This document shows positions 39,192 to 49,916 of a DNA stretch of 64,000 bases, one piece after another. Positions within the stretch are counted from its first letter, which is position 1, and each line of letters begins with the position of its first letter. The position numbers and the translations under genes were made by a program. A model generated the notes under the pieces. It saw only the letters and a program-made list of their open reading frames with translations, made no database searches and was not told the origin of the DNA. Location of the stretch: the NCBI GenBank assembly GCA_028030915.1, contig GCA_028030915.1_4867.1; one strand, given 5' to 3'. The DNA is from a phage.

Positions 39192-42100
39192 ATGAAAACG
39201 TATCCTTACGATCCTCGGGGTGTAAATCCTGAGTGTCACTTCATCGAGGAACGTATCATCGACTCCGACAATCCTAACGATCGGGTGGTGATGCTAGATC
39301 ATCGCCCGTTTTTCGAAGGATTGGTGGTAAGGCTCGCCGGCTCGTCCATACCGCTTACCCGCGGGACGGACTATGAGCTGGAGTATGCTTTAACACCGTT
39401 GGACGACTCGGTGACGACCCCGGTGTTTTGCGGGGTGCATCTTATTAACCCTAAACTGCGTGGTGCGGTGGTCTTTGAAGGCCAGATGCTCGGGGGTACG
39501 TTTTACAGTGGTTTGATTGAGATGTTGGATGAGCTAATTAAGGCACTCAACAATCCAACGGCTGCAGATTGGCTGCTTTTAGGTAATCGACCTTCCCTGT
39601 ACCCAGCCACCCCTGCAGCGGTAGCTTGGTCAGACATGCTGAATAAAAAGTATGTTGCCTCTGCAGTGCATGATGTGGAGTTAGATGCCGGGGCGGCCAA
39701 CGAGCAGATTCGTGAAAAGCTTACTGAGCTGAAAGATGCGGTTTTGGGCTTAGGAACTGAAATCGCCACATTTAACTACCCCGGACACATTGCGTCGACT
39801 AACCCTCATGGGACTACCGCGGCGCAGGCCGGTGCGCATCCTGTCAACCTGAAAACGCCAGATACTTTCCTGGCGTATGGAAAGACGTTGCGTCAGTTAA
39901 CCAGCGAGGTCCGTGCACTGGGTCTGCAACAATCGGATATCGACAAGTACATTTCTAAATGGGTATCGAAAGAATCCAGAGGGGTGTTTAATGCGACGAT
40001 ATCCGGTACTCGTGCCCTGTTCCGTTCTCCTGCTGGTGAATCCGAAATTGTGTTCTCTGCTGAGGCATTCACTCTTAAATCTAATGGCTCTGTTGTGTTG
40101 GCGTGTGGGTATGCCGACACTACTGGAACCGTCCGGTTTATGGAGTGGAAAGCAGGCATCAATACATTACGTATTGAGTCGACTGGCAGTGCCTTGGGGA
40201 TGGATAAGCTGACGCTTAATGGTACGACGTTACTGACCACAACCGCTCTCATGGGCTATCAACAAGACCCTGGTACCGGCGGTGGTACCGTTGACCCGGA
40301 TGACAACAAACTGTACATTAGCGGGGTGAACGGCATTACTTTCACGGGTAAAGGGTCAAAAGCCGATCCTGTCACCGGGAAGGTCACAGCCAAACCCGCG
40401 ACGACCTCTGAACCAGGCGTTGTGACGCTGACTGATAAGCCGAGCGATGTAGTCAAAGGGCAAGCAGCCACCCCGTCGGCGCTTTTGCCGTATGAGGGCG
40501 ACCTGTCTTCGTACGTCAGGAAGACAACGCTGCTGAATAACCAGCCGATGAACACTGGTAGTCGAACGCTGACGAAAAAGGATTTGGGTTTAGACTTGGC
40601 TGATAACACAGCCGACGTCGATAAACCACTTTCTGACGCGTTGGCAGAAGCAGTTACCGGTCTTAGCGATAAAGGCCATCATCACAACTTCGCTGATTTA
40701 CAGATCCCAACGGCTTCTCAAACTGTGCCAGGCATCGCGCGATACTCTACCAACTTAAACGGCTTGGCGGATAATCGTGGCGTTACCCCGAACGTTCTGA
40801 ACGAATTGTCAAAACGTTTAGACGTGGTTGCAGCCGCGTTAGCAAACGCGAAAGAGGATTCCGTGGCCGACTTCGCCGCTGTGCGTGGTAAGACATGGAC
40901 TGTGGGGTCTACGCGTACTACCCTCGCTGTAACAGATTTGAACTATTTCTATCTGTTAAATGGTACACGTAAAGAGGGGACGGTATCCGGCTCGATAGAC
41001 CTGCAAACCACACCGATGTTCCAGTGGTTCTCTCCGGATAACCGTATGGAAAGAACGTGGCAAAACGCGGTAATTAATACCGGTGCCGGTATTGATTTTA
41101 GTGGGTTCGAGGTTGCTGTCCCGGAAACAAACTACGGTGCGCAGATTGGTTTAACGACAACCGGAATGGGTGATTTGTCAGTCGTTAACCTCTTGGCGAA
41201 AACGTGGGTTCGTTGCGACTCTGGTAAGCTGCGGATTTGGGTTCGTGGCGGTGGTGCTGTTTCTGTTTATCTGGACGGTGAAATTATCGGTGCGGGTATT
41301 ACAGAAGCGGGGTATCTGGAGGCGACTGTCAAAGAGGGGTGGAAGCAACACTGCTTAGCATTCCGTGCAGAATGTAACGATAGCGCTAAAGCAGCCGCAA
41401 TTCGTTTCACAATTTACGACGGTGACTTTGCGGTTGGGGCCTCGGATAAAAACACCAAAGTTGCCCGCCTGCAGGAGTTTGTTAAGACGCCGAACGGTTT
41501 AAGGCATTACCTCTATGTGAACATGATAACCGATGCGTTATATTCGCGCGCCGAACCTATTGTGGACACGGAAGGTATTAACTTGGAACGCGGCTATATC
41601 GGCCACATTGATGTCCCTGACGCGGGATTGGTTGCAGGCACGACTTACGAGTTTGAAACGACGTTTGATTTTGGCATGGCGTCCGAACTTAAACGGCACT
41701 TCGAAACACGTCTAGCACACGGGGTGAGTAACACCGACTGGTCGTTGACGGATAACCCGAAAATGCTGCCGTTGAATAAGGTTGATCCATTACCTAAACA
41801 ATGGCTGTATGCGTATCCAACTAACCCGTCTGTTTCTGGGGATAACCTCGTTCGTTTAGATCGTGGGTTATTTGATTATAAATTCGTAAGTGCCACCTCG
41901 CTCAGGATTCTTCTTGCGGCGGTTGTTTCCACTGAAAACGCGTCCCCGTATTGCTGGTTTACACCAAGCAACCCGAAAGAAAATGGAATGGCGACATTCG
42001 AGGGTTCGGTGGTAATCGACACTGATTATCCTGAAGTCCCAAAAACCTCGGACGTCGAAGTTTCATTAAACTTCATGGCCCCTTCTGCTGATGGGAAAGG

Positions 42101-43322
42101 TAAAACCAGAGTCCTGCGGTGGAGTAACTCCCGCACCAGTTTAAACTGCGGCTTTATTGCTGCGCCGTACGATAAACCAACCGGAAGAATTGCCACCACA
42201 CAATCCAGCGTTACTAATACGCTGGTTGATGCTCCTCGTGTAATCAAGAGCGTGGATGTTCAGTCGCCTGACTGTTTAGACTATCTCCCGGTTTCAATCG
42301 CTAGCGAGTTCGCAGCCATTGGTTCGCGCTGGCTTATTCGTTATCGCTATATTGTTGATACGCAGATACTGCGAATATCGTCGATTAGTAAGATAGGCGG
42401 CCAGGCTTCGGCGACTGTTCGTGAGATAGAGTACGACATTCCGTTTGACGCGATTGATTATTTTAAAGGCGGCGCTTTATCGATTAGTGTTACTGGCATC
42501 GAAACTGGTGAAGGCGTCACAATCAACCACGGTTTGATGGACCCTTCCACAACAGAAGTAGATTTAAATCGTTTCCATTATCTACGCTCGCTATTTGAGT
42601 CGTATATTGAGCGTTCTCCGGACAGCCAGTCTTCTGGGCATGAGGAGATGTCGATATCAACCGTCGCGTTCGCGAACTTTGGAGATAACGTCGATAACCC
42701 GGTTACGGAATACATCACGATGTCTGCTGCAAGTGAGGGTTATCCGGAACTTGCACCGAACGGTAAACTCCCCGCACCGTTTTACAAAGGGCTGCAGAAA
42801 CGTGGTGCTCCGCTACTTGAGTCGGCTCCTGCAGACTATACGTCTAACGGTGGTGAATGGAAGTACGGCTTTATGCGGGCTTATCGCCCAACTCAAAATG
42901 AGCGTTTTGTGTCGGTAAATGGGACAATGCTCTCTAACTACCCAGGATATATCATCGTGGGTAGTGAGAAAATTCCGGGTAATGTTATACCTTTCAGTGC
43001 ATCGACAACAGCTGTTCAGATATCTGGGACTCTTGCCCGCACGAAACCGATGCAGCCAATTCACATCGTGTTCGTGCCTCCGGAAGGTTCTGTGCCGCCG
43101 CTGCAAGCGAAGTTCACTATTAATGGCGTGGGCAGTAGTGGTAATCCGATGTTCGTGATTACTGAAACGACACCGGTGGAACTTCGCACTGGTGGCGAGA
43201 CGATTCTCATTGAGAAGCGTAATCCATTCCATATCCCCACCAGGACATGGGATTGGATTTTACAAACGTTGGATACTGAACGTAGAAACGAAGGCAACAA
43301 CTCGGGTGAGTGGGCCTCTTAG
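39192..43322 (+). CDS. tail fiber protein (1376 aa)
   Basis: AAGGAG RBS; GHHHNFADLQIPTASQTVPGIARYST fiber motif; shared N-terminal domain (PFFEGLVVRL...GTDYELEY). Confidence 0.7.
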   Translation: MKTYPYDPRGVNPECHFIEERIIDSDNPNDRVVMLDHRPFFEGLVVRLAGSSIPLTRGTDYELEYALTPLDDSVTTPVFCGVHLINPKLRGAVVFEGQMLGGTFYSGLIEMLDELIKALNNPTAADWLLLGNRPSLYPATPAAVAWSDMLNKKYVASAVHDVELDAGAANEQIREKLTELKDAVLGLGTEIATFNYPGHIASTNPHGTTAAQAGAHPVNLKTPDTFLAYGKTLRQLTSEVRALGLQQSDIDKYISKWVSKESRGVFNATISGTRALFRSPAGESEIVFSAEAFTLKSNGSVVLACGYADTTGTVRFMEWKAGINTLRIESTGSALGMDKLTLNGTTLLTTTALMGYQQDPGTGGGTVDPDDNKLYISGVNGITFTGKGSKADPVTGKVTAKPATTSEPGVVTLTDKPSDVVKGQAATPSALLPYEGDLSSYVRKTTLLNNQPMNTGSRTLTKKDLGLDLADNTADVDKPLSDALAEAVTGLSDKGHHHNFADLQIPTASQTVPGIARYSTNLNGLADNRGVTPNVLNELSKRLDVVAAALANAKEDSVADFAAVRGKTWTVGSTRTTLAVTDLNYFYLLNGTRKEGTVSGSIDLQTTPMFQWFSPDNRMERTWQNAVINTGAGIDFSGFEVAVPETNYGAQIGLTTTGMGDLSVVNLLAKTWVRCDSGKLRIWVRGGGAVSVYLDGEIIGAGITEAGYLEATVKEGWKQHCLAFRAECNDSAKAAAIRFTIYDGDFAVGASDKNTKVARLQEFVKTPNGLRHYLYVNMITDALYSRAEPIVDTEGINLERGYIGHIDVPDAGLVAGTTYEFETTFDFGMASELKRHFETRLAHGVSNTDWSLTDNPKMLPLNKVDPLPKQWLYAYPTNPSVSGDNLVRLDRGLFDYKFVSATSLRILLAAVVSTENASPYCWFTPSNPKENGMATFEGSVVIDTDYPEVPKTSDVEVSLNFMAPSADGKGKTRVLRWSNSRTSLNCGFIAAPYDKPTGRIATTQSSVTNTLVDAPRVIKSVDVQSPDCLDYLPVSIASEFAAIGSRWLIRYRYIVDTQILRISSISKIGGQASATVREIEYDIPFDAIDYFKGGALSISVTGIETGEGVTINHGLMDPSTTEVDLNRFHYLRSLFESYIERSPDSQSSGHEEMSISTVAFANFGDNVDNPVTEYITMSAASEGYPELAPNGKLPAPFYKGLQKRGAPLLESAPADYTSNGGEWKYGFMRAYRPTQNERFVSVNGTMLSNYPGYIIVGSEKIPGNVIPFSASTTAVQISGTLARTKPMQPIHIVFVPPEGSVPPLQAKFTINGVGSSGNPMFVITETTPVELRTGGETILIEKRNPFHIPTRTWDWILQTLDTERRNEGNNSGEWAS

Positions 43323-43357
43323 GACGGACTGCCTACGGGCGGGTAGTCCGTAGGTAA

Positions 43358-43397
43358 ACCGCCCTTCCGTTATTGGGAGGGCGGTCTCCGTTTTATT
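43358..43397 (+). terminator. intrinsic terminator/attenuator between fiber genes (ACCGCCCT...AGGGCGGT, then T-run)
   Basis: Inverted repeat followed by CTCCGTTTTATT; preceded by a second hairpin at about 43323-43354. Confidence 0.45.
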
Positions 43398-43417
43398 ACA
43401 GATTAGGAGTGTTTGCA

Positions 43418-46400
43418 ATGCCGAGAGAAGATGCGGCGCAGTTTAACGGTACCCTCAGTACCGCTACTTACCCGAACCGTTATTCGACGGTCATTCCCGT
43501 CGAAGCACCGTTCTATCGCATCGGGTTAACGTTAACCGTTACCGATAAAGCAACCGGAACCAAACGCAAGTTAATAGAAGGTCTTGATTATTTCTTAGGA
43601 CATTACTTCCAGGAATTAGCCGAGGCTGAGAACGATGCAATATACGGCAGCATAATGCTGCTGAACGCCACAGAGGTAGAATACGAGTTGTTGTCGGTTG
43701 GTCGACAGTATCGCATCCCTGCTTCTGAAATCGGCAAGTATCTGGTTAAGACGGATATGAAAGACCCGCGCAACTGCGATTGGTCTGAGCTGATGAAATA
43801 TCCACCGATTATCTCGCCAATCGACCCGCCAAAAGATCTCGAAGAAGCGATTCTTCGCGATGAAATCGTAAAGGCGTTGGAAGATATCCGTCTGGGTATT
43901 TTAGAGCGCGCCCACGAACTGGATGAGGCATTTGCCGAAGTTACCGATTTGATTTATCAGAACGGTAAGCAGGTGTTTGATGACGAAATGTATCAACACC
44001 ACCTGATTAAAAATGCACATGGTTACACCTGCGGTGACATTGGCGCACTCCCTGTGCTCGGTAAGGCCGTAGATGCGACTAAGGCATTCGGACGTACCCT
44101 GGCAGAGCTAGTGACGTTAATGTCTACCAGTGGCATCCAACAGAAACACGTTGACCTGCTTCTGGATAATACCCTGGGTGATTTACTGGGCCGTATGCGT
44201 GTTCTGAATAACGACGCGATTACGTTCCAAACAACGTCTGGTCACGTTATCAGCATGAAAGGTGAGAAGTTCATCATCACCTCGACAAAACCGCTGGTAT
44301 TAAAAGCTGACCAGGATAACAACGAACCGGGTATCGCTACGGAGTTCAGTGCTGGTCTGAACACGCTTTGGGTTCACTCGGGTAAAGCAGGTGACAAGTG
44401 GGGCGCTTATGATGCAGGTGTGCTTGCACCTGTGTATAACAGCGTGTATCTCGTTACACCGGATATGGTTAAGATGTACTTGACCTCGGTGAAGATACTT
44501 CCAGCAAACGCCTACTTCAAGTCCAGCGACACGTTGAAGATTTACGGCTCTGGTAAAGAAACAAACAAAGTTTACATGAATGCGGAGCTGCCTGCAGCAA
44601 CCACAACTGTGCAGGGTTTGTTTGCGATTACTAACCTCTCGGCATCCGCTGCAGCGTCCACAGCGATTTCCCAAAAAGCTGTTACTGACTTGAAGAACAA
44701 ACTCGACGGATATGTGGACGACACGTATACGGTCAATGGTAAAGGGTTTGTATTAGATTCAAACGGGCAGATGCATCTGACCTTAACCGCGGCAGATTTC
44801 GGTATTGAGAAAATGGACAATACCGGACCGTTAGAAAAGCCTGTTACTAACGCATTGCGTACCGTGCTATCAGGCAAAGCGTTTACATCGCACACCCACA
44901 CCATTGCAGATCTCGATAACGTGCCGTACGCATCCACGTCTGTTACAGGTTTGGCTAAACTGTGGGATGCAATCGACACTACCTCGGATAAGATGGTCAC
45001 TTCGCGCCAAGGCTTCTTGCTTGAACAGAAGATTGACACGCTGAATGACAAGATTGGTACGTTATTACCGGCGTGGACTGTCGGCGGATCATCGTACGGC
45101 AACAATAACTTCTTGCCTATACCAGTCCAGGGGAACTACGAAGGGTATACCAAAAACCAAACCTGGCAGAAAGGTTTGGCGCGTTACGAGTCTGGTAAGG
45201 TTTACTCGCTCCGTAATGGTTCTAACGGGAATCCACCTGGTGACTGGGCTATCTATTACGCTTACGCAGATGTAGCCGCGGATAACACGCTGACGAACAT
45301 GCAGCAGACGTCCGTACGTTACCGCCCCGCTGGAATGTCGGCGTATCCTGGGGTGAATCTGGTTGCTATTGTGATTACCGGTACAGATGCAATGATCTGC
45401 TTAGGCAGTGACGGTGCGTATTACCTGGTCATCTTTGACGGCACCATTGACCATGCAAAACATCATCGTGTTGTTAAAGTTCAGTTGGGCGATTACCGAA
45501 ATGGTAACGCGGCCGGTGTGATTACAACCGCTCCATGGGTTGCCGATCCATCAACAAACGATTTGATCGTTTGCAACGAGCGGGTTTATCTGCTCCGTAC
45601 TGTCCTTACCTCCGGTGACTATTTCGTGAGTATGCGTAGCATCGCACTTGACGAACTTAATCTGGGTGGTAGCAACACGTTTGTGGCGGATGTGTTAACA
45701 GGCGGGATGTTAACGTCGGGAGATAATATCTATTTGCGTCAGGGTCAGAAACGTTCTGATACAGATGTGTTGGTAGCGCCAGTAACACAAATCTACGCAG
45801 ACGCATCGGCGAAGTGGAATAGTGCGCGAAATTTCGTCCATGGTCCGGAATGTAATCACGCGATTGGTGTGGATGGGCTGAACTTTCGTGTTGGTTTAAC
45901 TCCAACGGTTTGGTTTGCTTCTACTACAGGGCAAACTATTAACTTTAAACAATGGGTGTCAAGCTTTGTTGTTGATTGTAGTTCAATGACGATAACGCTG
46001 GAAGGTGCTGATCGATTCCCTATTGTGGCCGATCTTACCACGGTTCGTTATAACGGTGGTGCTGAGATTGGGATTCCGAGCCGGAAATGGGGCGAAGGTC
46101 AAGCTAATAACCGAACCTTTGCAACATCGCAAGACAAGTATATCGTTTCGCAAGGACATGCAGGCGATCGCGACCTGATGCCTTACGTCACGATTACCAC
46201 GTTAGATGACGGTGTGAGTTGGTACGAGTACCTGTCGTGCGACTACAACTTCACTGCCAGAAGTTTTAGTGCGGTAATGTTAAACCAAGGTCGTGGTTCT
46301 ATCTACGAGCTGGGTATGGCGTATCCGCTGACTCTGGGAGCGAATTCCAGACTTATCTGGTTGTCACAGCCGCGTACCCGTTTGGCAATTGAAGTTGAGT

Positions 46401-48601
46401 TTGATCCGAACACCACTTACTCAGGTAAGGCGGGGTACGGCCCAACTAACAATCGTCGTGTGGTGGATTCTACCACGTACGAGAATCTGTCGCAGATGTG
46501 CCACATTGTTACACCGGCGTCGCCTGGTACAGAGTTAAACGGCTGGTATTGCACAGGACCAGAAACATTCCCTTACCACAACGTTTCTGGCACTTTCACG
46601 ATTCATGCCGATCGGTTGACGCTGTCACAAGCTGAATGGGATAAGATGAAGCAGATGATCATCGACGGAGCACCGGCAGGCGCTGCGAATGGTTATGCTT
46701 CGGAATTTATCCTTGCCGCAAATAACGCAGGAAAGGCATTGTTCTCCGTTTGGTTCATCGGCATTGGTACGGCCACACCGCTCACGTTAGCACAAGTAGC
46801 ATGTACGCGTACTGTGAACAACGTTAACGTGTTGGATATCTACTACTTTACACTGAAACCAACAATCAGCAACGGGCAGGTAACATTCCCGGCAGCGATA
46901 TTGGCATTGTTTGACTTCTATAACAACCTCGACTATGGCTTGAACTATGCTACGTTGGGTGAGATAACGGGAGGAAAAACACGCCGGCCGGGACAACCTA
47001 CACTGGTGTCAGTAGATGGTACTCAGTTCGGGTTGTATCTTCCACACACGTTAACCTTGCGCCAAATTGGCGACTTGGGTGCGCTTAACTACGGCGTTGG
47101 TCTTACGCTGTCTAATGGTACCTGGACGCGTTCTTCTGCTCCACACGGCATTGGACGCATGGCACCATCACACACTCCAGTCAGCCCAGCTTATCTGGCT
47201 CATCGTGATCAGGTGATGCTACACAACTCATCTCTCGACTACGTCTATTGTGGTGGTATCGCAATGTCGTCGAGTGATTTTGTCGCGGCTCCTAATTTTA
47301 GTGGCCCGACTGAATCGGTCGTCATTGCTGGTGTGGAAACAGCCGAAGGTTGGCTGGTATATGTGACTGAGGAAGTTGACCTGCGTTTCGGCTCGAGCAC
47401 TTATAAACTGCCTACGTGGTATATTGACCTCAGCGCAGCATTTCCAACAAACCATCAGAACCGGACATTCTACCTGCACGCCAAGGTAGAAAATGGTACA
47501 CCGAAGTACGTAATGGACGTGATTCAACATCCAGACACTGAAACGGAACTCTATATCGGGTATGTTAAAACGGGCTCGTCGCGAGTCGTCGAGACTAACG
47601 TCGAACATGCTAAGCGATTAGGGGCGGTGAAACAACTGTTGGAACATGCGGCGGTTGAGAATAAGCATGATGTGGAGGTGGGAAGGGATGCAGCAACGGG
47701 CAGACTGGCACCATTGCGTAAAGAAGCGATGGGTCCTTTGTCGATCGATGCTACGAAAGGCTATCTGGATAGTCAGTTGCTTTATACCGTATCTGACGCA
47801 CAGCGTCGCGGTAAAGCGATGGTCTCCAAACGTTTCGAAGGCTTGAAAACTTTGCCGGCGTTTACTCAGGCAAACAAGTCGGGGGCGTTTTGGAAACATC
47901 CTACAACAATTGCGACGGTAACGGCCGATGAGAACGGTGAAGCGGCATCGTTGGGAATGGAGTGGGTAGGTATTCCAACGCCCGCTTTCTCACCGACCTC
48001 AACGAACTTGATGGTGGTGGTGCAAAGTAAATTCGTCGTCCCAGGTACACCGGGAGTAGAAACGACCTTTAATGTCCACGTTGCCCCATGGGAGGCGGTG
48101 GATGGCTTTTTCTACAACGTCGAGGCGGAAGGTACGGATGTTAACATTGACGAAAATCCAGAAGTGTTATTGCCGTCACCACATACCGTGCACCACAAAC
48201 AGCACTCTCTGCCAGCAGGCGTGCCGTGCACCTTTACATTTGTCGCGGCGGTAAGTTCTTCAGCGCTCGAAACAGCCAACCAGCATATTTGCTCTTGGCT
48301 TTTCACGGAAGCGGGGGGACTACCAATCACCACCGATCTTTCGGATAGTAAGATTCAAATCTTACCACAGCCGGGAGAAACCTATGGCACTCCAGTTGTT
48401 CTGAACAGTCGTAGCTATACGTTTACGAATGTGGCAGGTGCAATCCCGGTTGTTACCACGGGCGCTCAGGGTTTATTCCCACCACCGATCGTGGCGTGGG
48501 ATGGCGATGATCTTACGTTAACGATTGCGCACGATTGGGTGAACGAGAGAGGACGTCAGCAGCCTGATATTATCCAGGTCAATCTTATGTTCCGTACCTA
48601 A
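43418..48601 (+). CDS. tail fiber protein (1728 aa from the ATG with AGGAG RBS)
   Basis: FTSHTHTIADLDNVPYASTSVTGLAKL fiber motif; shared N-terminal domain (APFYRIGLTLTV...GLDYFLGHY); the track ORF begins upstream at 43373 inside the terminator hairpin. Confidence 0.7.
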   Translation: MPREDAAQFNGTLSTATYPNRYSTVIPVEAPFYRIGLTLTVTDKATGTKRKLIEGLDYFLGHYFQELAEAENDAIYGSIMLLNATEVEYELLSVGRQYRIPASEIGKYLVKTDMKDPRNCDWSELMKYPPIISPIDPPKDLEEAILRDEIVKALEDIRLGILERAHELDEAFAEVTDLIYQNGKQVFDDEMYQHHLIKNAHGYTCGDIGALPVLGKAVDATKAFGRTLAELVTLMSTSGIQQKHVDLLLDNTLGDLLGRMRVLNNDAITFQTTSGHVISMKGEKFIITSTKPLVLKADQDNNEPGIATEFSAGLNTLWVHSGKAGDKWGAYDAGVLAPVYNSVYLVTPDMVKMYLTSVKILPANAYFKSSDTLKIYGSGKETNKVYMNAELPAATTTVQGLFAITNLSASAAASTAISQKAVTDLKNKLDGYVDDTYTVNGKGFVLDSNGQMHLTLTAADFGIEKMDNTGPLEKPVTNALRTVLSGKAFTSHTHTIADLDNVPYASTSVTGLAKLWDAIDTTSDKMVTSRQGFLLEQKIDTLNDKIGTLLPAWTVGGSSYGNNNFLPIPVQGNYEGYTKNQTWQKGLARYESGKVYSLRNGSNGNPPGDWAIYYAYADVAADNTLTNMQQTSVRYRPAGMSAYPGVNLVAIVITGTDAMICLGSDGAYYLVIFDGTIDHAKHHRVVKVQLGDYRNGNAAGVITTAPWVADPSTNDLIVCNERVYLLRTVLTSGDYFVSMRSIALDELNLGGSNTFVADVLTGGMLTSGDNIYLRQGQKRSDTDVLVAPVTQIYADASAKWNSARNFVHGPECNHAIGVDGLNFRVGLTPTVWFASTTGQTINFKQWVSSFVVDCSSMTITLEGADRFPIVADLTTVRYNGGAEIGIPSRKWGEGQANNRTFATSQDKYIVSQGHAGDRDLMPYVTITTLDDGVSWYEYLSCDYNFTARSFSAVMLNQGRGSIYELGMAYPLTLGANSRLIWLSQPRTRLAIEVEFDPNTTYSGKAGYGPTNNRRVVDSTTYENLSQMCHIVTPASPGTELNGWYCTGPETFPYHNVSGTFTIHADRLTLSQAEWDKMKQMIIDGAPAGAANGYASEFILAANNAGKALFSVWFIGIGTATPLTLAQVACTRTVNNVNVLDIYYFTLKPTISNGQVTFPAAILALFDFYNNLDYGLNYATLGEITGGKTRRPGQPTLVSVDGTQFGLYLPHTLTLRQIGDLGALNYGVGLTLSNGTWTRSSAPHGIGRMAPSHTPVSPAYLAHRDQVMLHNSSLDYVYCGGIAMSSSDFVAAPNFSGPTESVVIAGVETAEGWLVYVTEEVDLRFGSSTYKLPTWYIDLSAAFPTNHQNRTFYLHAKVENGTPKYVMDVIQHPDTETELYIGYVKTGSSRVVETNVEHAKRLGAVKQLLEHAAVENKHDVEVGRDAATGRLAPLRKEAMGPLSIDATKGYLDSQLLYTVSDAQRRGKAMVSKRFEGLKTLPAFTQANKSGAFWKHPTTIATVTADENGEAASLGMEWVGIPTPAFSPTSTNLMVVVQSKFVVPGTPGVETTFNVHVAPWEAVDGFFYNVEAEGTDVNIDENPEVLLPSPHTVHHKQHSLPAGVPCTFTFVAAVSSSALETANQHICSWLFTEAGGLPITTDLSDSKIQILPQPGETYGTPVVLNSRSYTFTNVAGAIPVVTTGAQGLFPPPIVAWDGDDLTLTIAHDWVNERGRQQPDIIQVNLMFRT

Positions 48602-48648
48602 CAGATAGCGCTATGGGGCAAGGAAGCCCCAATCAAAGGAGTTTGGCA

Positions 48649-49851
48649 ATGGCCGAAATCATTCATCAGTACCCGCTCGACCTTACCGGGACATTAACGT
48701 CGAACGCCGTTACACGGCGTATTACGTTAGGTTCTGGTAAAGTTAACCGGGCTTTTGCATTTCCTGACGGAGCTTTCTACGCGGATACCTTCCGCTTGGC
48801 AGCTGCGAATAAACCAGGTGTCTACCCGTACAAACGCGGCACAGACTACGAACTGATTTTTGCACATACTGCATATCAGAAAATGACCAAGAACCGCGAA
48901 GTGGTCATGGGTGTGGTGGTAACTAACTCGGCCATTCCTACTGATATCGAGGTCTCTGCGCAAGTCGTTGGTGGTTTTCAGTCTGCGAACGTCGAAGGCA
49001 TCCGACAAGCGATTGCGTCGTTGAAAATTGAAGACCGCGTGGTGGACTTCAAGGATCTTCGAAACGTACCCGATACGTTCCCGTCCGCCCCGACGTATAA
49101 AGACCTTGGCGATATCTACGGTTTTGAGTATATCATTACCGTACTCGCGGGGATTAAAGATGCGATTAACTCCGGCTCTGCAGTACAGCTGGAAGAAATT
49201 AAAGGTATTCTGGATGGTCTGAAAAACGACTTCCTCGACGCCTTAAATACCCACATCAACGCCGAAGGTAACGTACACAATCTCGACATTCATCAGGTTA
49301 ATGGCCTGACGGAGACGGAGATTCGTGCCCTGATTCAAAGTGTACAGACTGCCATTGACGCCACTATCAGAGATATCGGCGACTTAAGAGCAGCAGACAC
49401 GGCATTGGGGCAACGCATCGATGCAATTGTGGCTTCGTTAGCCGCGTGGAACGACCAGCTTAACGTGGTTGCTCAAAATTACCAGAAAATGTCGTTAGCA
49501 TTAGCTAACCTTAATTCTCTGGTGTTGCAATTACAGAAGATGGTTAACGATCTTCAGTCTGCACTGAATGAAACAAATCAGCGTGTCACGGATCTTGAGA
49601 ATCAGGGCAAAGACTTCCAACAGCAAATTGATAACCTGCAAGGACAAATCAACAGTCTTAAAACTCAGGTTGTAAACAACACCAACGCAATTTCGCAGGC
49701 AAACCAGAATCTGGCGAACCATGCGGCTGCGGATAACCCACACCCGAATTACCTCCATAAACAGTATGGCGGTGTTGTGCAGGCTGCTGTTCACGTCAAC
49801 AACAACCTCACCTCGCGCGACGATGTTCAAGCTGAAGCGGGTACTAAGTAA
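48649..49851 (+). CDS. short tail fiber-like protein with coiled-coil (about 400 aa)
   Basis: AAGGAG RBS at the internal Met; shared N-terminal domain (GAFYADTFRL...GTDYELIFAHT); heptad-like Q/N/L-rich segment; NPHPNYLHK motif near the C-terminus. Confidence 0.6.
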   Translation: MAEIIHQYPLDLTGTLTSNAVTRRITLGSGKVNRAFAFPDGAFYADTFRLAAANKPGVYPYKRGTDYELIFAHTAYQKMTKNREVVMGVVVTNSAIPTDIEVSAQVVGGFQSANVEGIRQAIASLKIEDRVVDFKDLRNVPDTFPSAPTYKDLGDIYGFEYIITVLAGIKDAINSGSAVQLEEIKGILDGLKNDFLDALNTHINAEGNVHNLDIHQVNGLTETEIRALIQSVQTAIDATIRDIGDLRAADTALGQRIDAIVASLAAWNDQLNVVAQNYQKMSLALANLNSLVLQLQKMVNDLQSALNETNQRVTDLENQGKDFQQQIDNLQGQINSLKTQVVNNTNAISQANQNLANHAAADNPHPNYLHKQYGGVVQAAVHVNNNLTSRDDVQAEAGTK

Positions 49852-49860
49852 CTTGTTTAC

Positions 49861-49905
49861 GAGCCGGACTATGTTTATGGACATAGTCCGCTCGTTCTAC
49901 TTTTT
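49861..49905 (+). terminator. intrinsic terminator/attenuator (CGGACTATGT...ACATAGTCCG, then T-run)
   Basis: 10-bp inverted repeat followed by CTACTTTTT, between the last fiber gene and the Cys-rich peptide genes. Confidence 0.45.
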
Positions 49906-49916
49906 AAGGAAGCGTA

